Source: an uncultured virus (IMG/VR IMGVR_UViG_3300028173_000001) (lineage: Duplodnaviria; Heunggongvirae; Uroviricota; Caudoviricetes). From it: a stretch of DNA of 64,000 nucleotides. Of the stretch, positions 8,474-15,512 are shown in pieces. The stretch lies in the IMG/VR virus record IMGVR_UViG_3300028173_000001; one strand, 5' to 3'. Below the pieces are notes generated by a model. It saw only the letters and a program-made list of their open reading frames with translations. It did not search any database and was not told where the DNA came from. A program made the position numbers and the translations under genes. Numbering within the stretch: the first letter of the stretch is position 1; every line of letters starts with the position of its first letter.

Positions 8474-8478
8474 TTATC

Positions 8479-8712
8479 ATGGTTAACGGTTGGAGCGATT
8501 GGAGCCTGCAGCGCTTGTTCGAGGTCCAGGACATTATCGAAACCAGCGATGGTCGCGATGAGCTTGGTTCTGAGGATTGGCTGGTTCAGTTTGATACCAA
8601 AGAGGCTGCGAACGAGGTCATCGCCAAAATCAACGCCGTGGGTGACAATTGGAAAGCTGTTTCCCATGAGTATGTCACCGGCATGATTTTCATCACGCGG
8701 AAGGTCAACTAA
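8479..8712 (+). CDS. hypothetical protein
   Basis: GGAG RBS after repeat 9. Confidence 0.7.
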   Translation: MVNGWSDWSLQRLFEVQDIIETSDGRDELGSEDWLVQFDTKEAANEVIAKINAVGDNWKAVSHEYVTGMIFITRKVN

Positions 8713-8924
8713 TGGTAACCGCCGGAATCATTCTTTTGTGCATTGGGTTTTTGCTGACTTCAGTGTCAACCATCACGGGCTTCGTGAGTTTGATATTGTC
8801 GTTTACGGTAAACAATGATGAACCGCTAAAAACTACAATGATTTCACTTATCGCCTGGTGTGTTGGTCTAGCGGCCGGCATCGGTGGGTTTATTATGTGC
8901 GGTTACGCCGCGGCAGGTCAATAA
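8712..8924 (+). CDS. putative membrane protein (2 TM)
   Basis: Two long hydrophobic segments; TAATG coupling. Confidence 0.65.
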   Translation: MVTAGIILLCIGFLLTSVSTITGFVSLILSFTVNNDEPLKTTMISLIAWCVGLAAGIGGFIMCGYAAAGQ

Positions 8925-9112
8925 TGAAAAAGGGTGACCTGGTAGAAATCCTGATTGATTCGCCGTTCGTCGGCGGACTGAAGGGCGACATTGGCCAGCT
9001 TTATACCATCATTAGCCACAAATCAGATCCCAGCCTATCCAGGTGGGTTGTTTTGTTTGGCACCGAGTATCATACGCTTTACGACGACGAGTTCAAGGTG
9101 GTAGCATCATGA
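8924..9112 (+). CDS. small SH3-like protein (paralog 1 of tandem triplet)
   Basis: MKKGDLVEI...GDIG...LYDDEFKVV. Confidence 0.65.
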   Translation: MKKGDLVEILIDSPFVGGLKGDIGQLYTIISHKSDPSLSRWVVLFGTEYHTLYDDEFKVVAS

Positions 9113-9333
9113 GTAATTCAAACCCATCACCCTTGATTCGAATAAACAGGACAATAGTAAGTAATAATACTGTCGTGCACGAGGGTTCCATTGGTCTCCT
9201 GGGAAATCCCACGCAGTGCTACAAAAACGTAAGAGGAATATACCAGAAAGGTGCACTGCGTCACACCGGGATCTTTGGAAACGTGAAAATCATCCTTTAT
9301 GAAAACGAGTTCGAACTGGTAGGTGATGAATGA
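9109..9333 (+). CDS. small SH3-like protein (paralog 2)
   Basis: EGSIG...LYENEFELV; ATGA coupling. Confidence 0.6.
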   Translation: MSNSNPSPLIRINRTIVSNNTVVHEGSIGLLGNPTQCYKNVRGIYQKGALRHTGIFGNVKIILYENEFELVGDE

Positions 9334-9542
9334 AGATCGGCGATGTAGTCAAGATTACCAAGACGGACATGTTGTACCCGTCGGTCGCAGTGGGAGATGT
9401 CGGAATGATCTGTTCTTCAGGTAAGATCGCCGGGGAGACCCATGACCCGATTTATGACGTGCTCATTGACGGATTCGTCGCTGCGTTTTACCCTGAAGAG
9501 TTTGTCATCATCGCGTGTAAAGCACCGAAAATCGTGGTATAA
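9330..9542 (+). CDS. small SH3-like protein (paralog 3)
   Basis: MKIGDVVKI...GDVG...FYPEEFVII; stops in TATAAT of copy 10. Confidence 0.65.
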   Translation: MKIGDVVKITKTDMLYPSVAVGDVGMICSSGKIAGETHDPIYDVLIDGFVAAFYPEEFVIIACKAPKIVV

Positions 9543-9567
9543 TGGATATGTCACCGGGATGCGACTC
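9514..9567 (+). promoter_or_regulatory. early-promoter repeat copy 10
   Basis: GTGTAA 9515-9520, TATAAT 9538-9543, GGATATGTCACCGGG. Confidence 0.85.
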
Positions 9568-9810
9568 TAAAACAGTCAATAAACTAAATGGAGCAAAATA
9601 ATGCCAAGCCCACGAGGGCCCCCGAAAATGTGACCCACTGCCGGGGGCGGCGAAAATAACATGAACGGAATAAATTGTGTGATTACAAAGCTAGACATCG
9701 TCAGGAGGGCGTAATGAATCGCATCCGAGACCAGCCCTAAGTTAAGGTCGGCGTCGACCTAGGGCATCAAAAAACATGGAATGTTAGGAAAAAGATAAAG
9801 TTTGACGTTT
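9550..9810 (+). ncRNA. candidate structured RNA / mini-ORF leader
   Basis: No long ORF after a consensus promoter; stems 9557-9567/9716-9726, 9618-9624/9642-9648, and a nested hairpin 9734-9765. Confidence 0.4.
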
Positions 9811-9880
9811 TCCCAATAATTTTGGCGTAGGTCCTGAACTGCAGGCGGGACGCGGGGTTCGACTCCCCGGTTGGGAACCA
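9811..9880 (+). tRNA. tRNA-like element lacking a D-stem (identity undetermined)
   Basis: Acceptor TCCCAAT/GTTGGGA + A + CCA; T-arm CGGGG-TTCGACT-CCCCG; 6-bp GTCCTG/CGGGAC stem with 9-nt loop; only 70 nt. Confidence 0.65.
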
Positions 9881-9901
9881 TTTTGAGAACGGAGAAATAA
9901 A

Positions 9902-10393
9902 ATGAAACTCGCATTAGGCCCAAAAGGGCTGCGCCCAAAGCGCACGCTTATCAAACTTGTCCAGAGTCCCTCAAAAACAAGTGTTGTAATCGTGCGCTCC
10001 CCAGTTTTTTCATTCAACGGAGAATCAACTATTGATTTCGGGGAGCTTGAAGAGCGAAAGCAGACTGTTCTAGAAGATGCAGAATTGTGGAGAGATCGGC
10101 CTGGGTTCATTCGAATTAATGATCCAGATGTCCTGATCGAGACTCAGCGGCCATGGGATGAGGACGAAGAGGTCAGCGTTGAGGTCGAGGTAAACGTCTC
10201 AGTTGAACTCGAAAATCCGGATTACGATGAGCAGCTCAAAAATTACAAGCGGTTCGAGCGAGATTGTAAGAAAGCAGACAAGAAGTATACGAGGGAGCTT
10301 GCCGAGTGGGAAGCCAAACAGGAAATAGTGAAAAACATTAGCAGCGATGAGTTGGATCAATTCATTGCATGGAAAAAGAGGAAAAACAAATGA
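9902..10393 (+). CDS. hypothetical protein with C-terminal coiled coil
   Basis: GGAG RBS; 163 aa. Confidence 0.7.
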   Translation: MKLALGPKGLRPKRTLIKLVQSPSKTSVVIVRSPVFSFNGESTIDFGELEERKQTVLEDAELWRDRPGFIRINDPDVLIETQRPWDEDEEVSVEVEVNVSVELENPDYDEQLKNYKRFERDCKKADKKYTRELAEWEAKQEIVKNISSDELDQFIAWKKRKNK

Positions 10394-10662
10394 GCGCAGC
10401 GGCAATTATTTATCTATGTCTCACCGTCGTCAGCCTTTTTGTCGTCATGACGTTGCATGGAAAAGAAACTAAGACCAACTTCTTCGCGAGCCTTTTCGGC
10501 ACTGCGCTTGTCCTAGGGGTGCTGACATGGGGAGGGTTCTTCGATTCGCCACAGGATCGCCGGCGGGCCCATAAATCGCACATCTCAAATGCCAGCGTCC
10601 ATTGTGTCGTAGCGTTGCCAGACGGCGCCGTCAAACCAGAAATTCTTTGCAACGTTAAGTAG
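10390..10662 (+). CDS. putative membrane protein (2 TM)
   Basis: Hydrophobic helices; LTWGGFF motif; ATGA overlap. Confidence 0.65.
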   Translation: MSAAAIIYLCLTVVSLFVVMTLHGKETKTNFFASLFGTALVLGVLTWGGFFDSPQDRRRAHKSHISNASVHCVVALPDGAVKPEILCNVK

Positions 10663-10666
10663 ATTA

Positions 10667-10720
10667 CGTGTAAGAGTCCGAAAATCGTGGTATAATATAT
10701 ATGTTGCCGGGGATGGTAAC
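10667..10720 (+). promoter_or_regulatory. early-promoter/hairpin repeat copy 11
   Basis: GTGTAA 10668-10673, TATAAT 10691-10696; GTTGCC-GGGGAT-GGTAAC. Confidence 0.85.
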
Positions 10721-10755
10721 GAGTCATAACTCAGCCTGATCAAGGATTAAATCAC

Positions 10756-11502
10756 ATGAAATTGTCAACTCGCAAAGGCTTCGCTTTCGGTACCAACATC
10801 AACAACGTTGTTGTTCCGGCTGCACTCCGTGTGAAAGTTAAAACTGGTCGGGATTACATCGATGGTGCAATGGGCGGTCTTGGACTCACCCCAAGCACAT
10901 GCACTTTGTTCACTGGAACACCTGGTGCCGGTAAATCCACGATGATGCTCGAACTTTGCGAAAGCCTGTCGAGTCTAGGTCACAATGTTGCCTTCAATAC
11001 CGCCGAGGAGAGTCTGTTTCAGGTCAAACTCGTTGCAGAGCGCCTGAATATCAAGCATGGCTTCGCTGTAGGTGAAGAGGAGATGGTTCCCGAGCTGCTT
11101 CGCCAGTGTGAGGAGCTTCGACTCCAGCATCCAAAAAAGCAGTTTATCTTGGTCGTTGACAGCCTTCAGGCTGTGAATGATGGCAAGTACGGTCCTGGAA
11201 TCACAAACGGCAAGTCCCCTGAGCGTTGCTTGAGCATGATTACAGATTGGTGTAAGGAAACCAATTCGATTGCTTTCGTGATTGGCCAGGTTGGTAAAGA
11301 TGGCAAATTCTCAGGCAAAAACGTCCTGAAACACATGGTTGATGCCATGATCGAGCTTTCCATCGAGCTAAATCCCAGCTCTGAGCTGTACGGAATGCGT
11401 ATGCTCGAGACGACCAAGAATCGTTTCGGTGGTGCTGGCCACAAATACTTCCTTGAGCTCAAGAAAACTGGGTTCAAAACGCTGCTTCGAGTTGCAGCAT
11501 AA
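10756..11502 (+). CDS. radA: RadA/Sms-like RecA-family ATPase (ATPase core only)
   Basis: Walker A GTPGAGKST, AEES, Walker B VVDSLQ, HMVD, KNRFG signature; no Zn finger or Lon-like domain. Confidence 0.85.
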   Translation: MKLSTRKGFAFGTNINNVVVPAALRVKVKTGRDYIDGAMGGLGLTPSTCTLFTGTPGAGKSTMMLELCESLSSLGHNVAFNTAEESLFQVKLVAERLNIKHGFAVGEEEMVPELLRQCEELRLQHPKKQFILVVDSLQAVNDGKYGPGITNGKSPERCLSMITDWCKETNSIAFVIGQVGKDGKFSGKNVLKHMVDAMIELSIELNPSSELYGMRMLETTKNRFGGAGHKYFLELKKTGFKTLLRVAA

Positions 11503-11517
11503 CTAAATGAGGTGAAC

Positions 11518-12003
11518 ATGAGTCGCAAATTATTGAAAGAAGTTGTAGAGGAAACGCTGGCCAAGGAGCCGAAGGCACTCTACACGGCAATTGTCATCAA
11601 CGAAAATGATGGCGACATGTTGCGAACCAAGATTGCCGGGCTCGGTTTGAACCCAGACGGCTGGCTGGACTCAAACATTAGCGGTATGCATGGTAACCAG
11701 CAGCTCAGCCATCACATGACAGTCAAGATTGGAGCCCTGAAGCCTTCCAGTCCGTTGATCGAGCGCCTCGATGAACCTCTATCACTGGAGGTTGTGGGGT
11801 TCGGGCGTGACAAGGTCTCTGGTGTTGCCGCCTGGCAGGTTGTTGCCCCTGCAGGACTGTCTGCGAAGTCTGGTGTTCCGCATGTCACGGCACTTCTAAA
11901 AACCAGCAGTGTCAAACCGTATAAGGCTGCGAAAATCAAAAAATGGCAGAAAATTGAGCCGTTTTTCGTGCAAGCTACTTTCAAACAGGTTTTTCCTGTC
12001 TAG
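11518..12003 (+). CDS. 2H phosphoesterase-like protein
   Basis: Two HxT motifs (HHMTV, PHVTA); N-terminal LLKEVVEE leader. Confidence 0.65.
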   Translation: MSRKLLKEVVEETLAKEPKALYTAIVINENDGDMLRTKIAGLGLNPDGWLDSNISGMHGNQQLSHHMTVKIGALKPSSPLIERLDEPLSLEVVGFGRDKVSGVAAWQVVAPAGLSAKSGVPHVTALLKTSSVKPYKAAKIKKWQKIEPFFVQATFKQVFPV

Positions 12004-12006
12004 CAT

Positions 12007-12015
12007 GATATTTAG
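12007..12015 (+). promoter_or_regulatory. candidate late-promoter motif GATATTTAG
   Basis: Same motif at 13531, 27225 and 60714, each shortly upstream of virion-type genes. Confidence 0.5.
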
Positions 12016-12036
12016 TTTGTGAAAGGACGGTATTAC

Positions 12037-12402
12037 ATGAAAATCACCAAGAGAAACCTGCGAAGACTAATCAACGAGTCTTGGGCAATCGATAACTTCG
12101 ATCCACGGTCATTCGAAAAGAAAGTGCAGGGTGTAGAGATAGCTGTTGATGTTCTCAGGAACTCGTTGGCATTCAGAAGCCCGGCCGTAAGAGAGGCAAT
12201 GCGCACCATGCAGGACTCAATTGAGGCTGTAAGGATTGCTGTTGCAGGCGAGATTCAGGCACATGATGCGACAGGCGATGCAGCGATGCGTTCGAATCGT
12301 CGGGATGTTGATGCCTACATGCAAGACGCAATGAACACCGATGACACTTACGATGACTATGACTACAGCCCCGCTGATCCGCGTGGCGATGATGAGTACT
12401 AA
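12037..12402 (+). CDS. MKITK-leader protein (putative head-internal)
   Basis: MKITKRNLRRLINES N-terminus; acidic C-terminus. Confidence 0.7.
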   Translation: MKITKRNLRRLINESWAIDNFDPRSFEKKVQGVEIAVDVLRNSLAFRSPAVREAMRTMQDSIEAVRIAVAGEIQAHDATGDAAMRSNRRDVDAYMQDAMNTDDTYDDYDYSPADPRGDDEY

Positions 12403-12847
12403 ATGAAAATTACTAAAACAAATTTGCGGAAGCTCGTTCGAGAAGCGTCAGACCCATTCGGTCTCGGCGGCGCCGGTGCCTTTAGAAAGTATGGTGATGA
12501 TGTGCGCTGGTTACCAGAAGCTGCTGCTCCGAAACGTGCCAGGAAACCACGTCGGTGGTGGTGCAGAACAAGGCTTCAAGCGTCTTATGAAATTGGCAAA
12601 GGAAATGGGCGAAGACTGGCTTGAGGACAACCCGATTGATGGTGGTGAGGACTCATATTCGCTTTATGACGTTGCATATGATCTCGGTGATGCTGCCTTG
12701 CACAGTGCTGATCCACGTGATGTAGAAGCTGCGAAAAAGTACATTGCTGGGAATACAGGATCACGGAATGAGACCAGCATCAAATACGTGCTCAGGGATG
12801 CATTAGGCGATGCCGTCGCCGATGCTAGGCCGTCGAAAAGGCGCTAA
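12403..12847 (+). pseudogene. MKITK-leader protein with apparent +1 frameshift near 12550
   Basis: MKITKTNLRKLVREA...KRARKPR continues plausibly as GGGAEQGFKRLMKLAKE in the 12476..12847 frame. Confidence 0.6.
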
Positions 12848-13518
12848 GCCCCGTAACGATCCACAGCATATTCCACAAACTTTCTAAGAAGTTCCGCCCC
12901 GGCGGCGTTGGCATCTTTTTTTGACATGCCCTCTCTTTCGGCCTGCTGGGCAATATAACCCACTTCCCTTGAAATAGTGTCCTTGACTGGCTCCCGGCGT
13001 TTCTTCGCCCGTTTCATCCAGCCTGTCACATGACCTGCAATCTCCTCAGGAGATGCGTAATAATTCAACATGTTTTCTTTGGAACCAAATGGGTCATCAG
13101 TGTTATCTGCGATTTGATCAATCCTTTCAGGATCTTGTGTTGAGTGCTCAATCTCATGTCGCATGATTTCGATTAGCTCATCATAGAAACGTGCCAGATG
13201 ACGCCTGGTGAACGGAGATGGCAGAGAGGCAGTAACCCTAATGTAAGAGATTTCCGGCTCCCCAGGGACCATCTGGAAGGCCCCAGAGGCGTATATCCCA
13301 TTCACATCGAGGTTGCTATCAATTTCCAGCTCAATTCCAATAAGATTTGGCCTGTCTAGCCCAAGTGGGCGCAACTCTATGTAATCATCAATGATTTTAC
13401 CGGCCTTGAGAGTTTTGATATTCTCTTTCGTAGTAATCGTTTTCATTACTGTTCGACTGTACTTTCTGGCCAAGCTTTCTAGCTCGCGCCCAATTCGTTT
13501 TTTCTCAAGTAGGTACAT
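12844..13518 (-). CDS. HExxH zincin-like metallopeptidase
   Basis: RHEIEHSTQ and downstream YYASPEEIAGH. Confidence 0.65.
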   Translation of the reverse strand: MYLLEKKRIGRELESLARKYSRTVMKTITTKENIKTLKAGKIIDDYIELRPLGLDRPNLIGIELEIDSNLDVNGIYASGAFQMVPGEPEISYIRVTASLPSPFTRRHLARFYDELIEIMRHEIEHSTQDPERIDQIADNTDDPFGSKENMLNYYASPEEIAGHVTGWMKRAKKRREPVKDTISREVGYIAQQAEREGMSKKDANAAGAELLRKFVEYAVDRYGA

Positions 13519-13530
13519 GTAGTGTTATCC

Positions 13531-13556
13531 GATATTTAGTCCTGTATAAGTATTTA
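13531..13556. promoter_or_regulatory. divergent candidate late motifs (GATATTTAG on +, AATACTTAT on -)
   Basis: Short intergenic gap between divergent genes contains the motif on both strands. Confidence 0.45.
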
Positions 13557-13568
13557 CAAGGGTGTGAA

Positions 13569-15044
13569 ATGAAGCAAGATTTAATCATGGAACGTTGGTG
13601 CCGTCTCGCCGGGGTGGTTACCGAGCAAAAAAAGGATTTGCATGTTTTCGATTTCGATGATACACTGGGTATCACCAAAAGCGCAACGATACACATTGCT
13701 TTCGATTACAACGGAGGAGATGTAAATGATCCTGAATCGTATTCGCCTGTTACAGATTTATCGGCACGAATTGGGAAAAGCGGAACCGGTAAAGTAAGAA
13801 CATCAACGCAGGCTGACATCACGACCGACGGTCTCTCTGGCGACAGATTCATAGCATCGCCAGATTACCTACAAGGTTCACAGGCTGTTGTTTTGAATAC
13901 AGACCAATACAAAATCTGGAAAGCGAAATATATGAGCGGGCTGTCCGACCCGACTCGTCCCCTCGTTTACCCAAACGGTAACGTTGAAGAGCTGGTGAAG
14001 AAAGCTGCTGCGAAAATGAATGGCAAGCCCGGAGAGATCCATGCTGTCGACTTCTCACCATCGAGCGGTCTGGGTGATGCTGAACCGATTGAAGCAACAC
14101 TGGCAAAATTCGCTGAGCGGGAGGCCGCAGGTGACATCACGGCAGTCGTCACAGCCCGAAAAGGCCAGACAGGAATGGGGACATTCGGTGGTAAAGAGGT
14201 CGTTGCAACGAATGTTGAAGACATCAAGGATTTCATGGGCGACGAAGCTGGTGAACACCCTGACTACGTCTTCGGCGCGGCAGATTTTGGAAACAGTGTC
14301 GCCGACAACAAACGCAAAATCATCAAGAACATCGTTGGTGGATCCGGTGGGGGCACCGGTAGCGGAATTGATGACATATATTTCTACGATGATGATGCAA
14401 AGAACGCAAGAGCTGTCCAAGGATTAGAGGATGATGAGGAAATGGCTGGGCGCGACCTGAACATTTTCAATTATGAGTTTGCTGACGGTGCCTCTCCGGA
14501 GAAACCATCGTATCGAACAAAAATTGGCAAGAAAAAGACCCAGGAATCGCGGAAAAGAAAAGACATGGCCGTACTCAAAGAGTTTGTTACAAGAGCCGTT
14601 ATGTCGGAGTCTAGGCGGCCGTATCATGAGGCTGTGGTGATAAACGCACTAAAAAAAATGGCAGGCCCGCGGGGATTACCGGTGACTCATGAGACGCCAT
14701 CCGAGAATATGGTAGGAATCGAAGCTGATGGTTACGTTGAGGGAACATACGGCATTTTCTTCTCCGTTGGACACCTTGAAAAGCCTGCGTTTGTGACAGG
14801 GGAAGGGTTTATCATCCATGGGTATCTTCCATCGCACATGATAAACGCCAACTACATTGTACCTGATATGAGCTACACTCCCGGTGGCTATGGTGAGGAT
14901 GACATGTTGTCAGGCGATGAAGAAGATAGTTGGGAAGTTATGTGGAACGACACCCGTGGCAACATGTTCGGATCATTGATCGGTACGAATTTAGATGAAT
15001 GGCCAGAAAAATACTGGGAAAATGTTATCCCGAACGGGCTTTAG
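13569..15044 (+). CDS. HAD-superfamily phosphatase with extra C-terminal domain
   Basis: VFDFDDTL (motif I), VVTAR (II), K, FYDDD (IV); N-terminal LIMERWCRLAG leader. Confidence 0.7.
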   Translation: MKQDLIMERWCRLAGVVTEQKKDLHVFDFDDTLGITKSATIHIAFDYNGGDVNDPESYSPVTDLSARIGKSGTGKVRTSTQADITTDGLSGDRFIASPDYLQGSQAVVLNTDQYKIWKAKYMSGLSDPTRPLVYPNGNVEELVKKAAAKMNGKPGEIHAVDFSPSSGLGDAEPIEATLAKFAEREAAGDITAVVTARKGQTGMGTFGGKEVVATNVEDIKDFMGDEAGEHPDYVFGAADFGNSVADNKRKIIKNIVGGSGGGTGSGIDDIYFYDDDAKNARAVQGLEDDEEMAGRDLNIFNYEFADGASPEKPSYRTKIGKKKTQESRKRKDMAVLKEFVTRAVMSESRRPYHEAVVINALKKMAGPRGLPVTHETPSENMVGIEADGYVEGTYGIFFSVGHLEKPAFVTGEGFIIHGYLPSHMINANYIVPDMSYTPGGYGEDDMLSGDEEDSWEVMWNDTRGNMFGSLIGTNLDEWPEKYWENVIPNGL

Positions 15045-15053
15045 GAGAAAACA

Positions 15054-15512
15054 ATGGCATCAACAATTGACAATGCAACCCTTACGATAACCGTAAATGA
15101 GGATGTGAAGCTAAACGGGTATCAAGTGGGCAGCAAAATCGTGCAAACGATTGGGGCAATCAACGAGGCATCCCGCCGTGTAATGACGGTGGCAACATCT
15201 GAGGTTTCCATTTTAACGCTGTCAACATCCTCTATCGGCGGTGGCTACATCTCATCAAATGTCCAGTACATCCGTGTGTCCAACCTTGACGATACGAATT
15301 TCGTGCGCCTTTCGTTCCTGTCAGGTTCTGGCGGAGCAGGAAATCGGTATGACATGAAACTGCCAGCCAAACGAACAGCTATTTTTACAAGCCCAAGCAT
15401 GTCTGGCTCTAATGTCGGCTCAACATTCAACTCGTTTTCAGATTTTGACACAATGAAAGCAACCGCAGACACGGCGGCGGTCGATATCGAGCTGTTCGTC
15501 GCGAGCACATAA
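15054..15512 (+). CDS. putative virion structural protein
   Basis: Beta-rich, S/T/G-rich; AGGAG RBS. Confidence 0.6.
   Translation: MASTIDNATLTITVNEDVKLNGYQVGSKIVQTIGAINEASRRVMTVATSEVSILTLSTSSIGGGYISSNVQYIRVSNLDDTNFVRLSFLSGSGGAGNRYDMKLPAKRTAIFTSPSMSGSNVGSTFNSFSDFDTMKATADTAAVDIELFVAST

Noticed and set aside
9550..9880. Canonical tmRNA, RNase P RNA or 6S RNA
   Set aside because: The acceptor stem is closed locally and lacks G3-U70; no ANDN..ALAA-like tag; no GAGGAAAGUCC RNase P motif; no continuous 6S-like rod
9811..9880. Assigning tRNA-Cys(GCA) from CT-GCA in the loop
   Set aside because: The bases flanking a 7-nt CTGCAGG loop do not pair; the only stem gives a 9-nt loop, so the anticodon cannot be assigned
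996..10720. CRISPR array interpretation of the recurring repeat
   Set aside because: Intervals are about 0.5-1.7 kb and contain genes; the repeat has a variable 12-bp core and -35/-10 spacing; no cas operon is present (the Cas4-like gene is solo and 42 kb away)
996..10720. Integron attC cassette array
   Set aside because: No RYYYAAC...GTTRRRY ends or long imperfect palindrome; no tyrosine integrase in the window; each unit carries its own promoter
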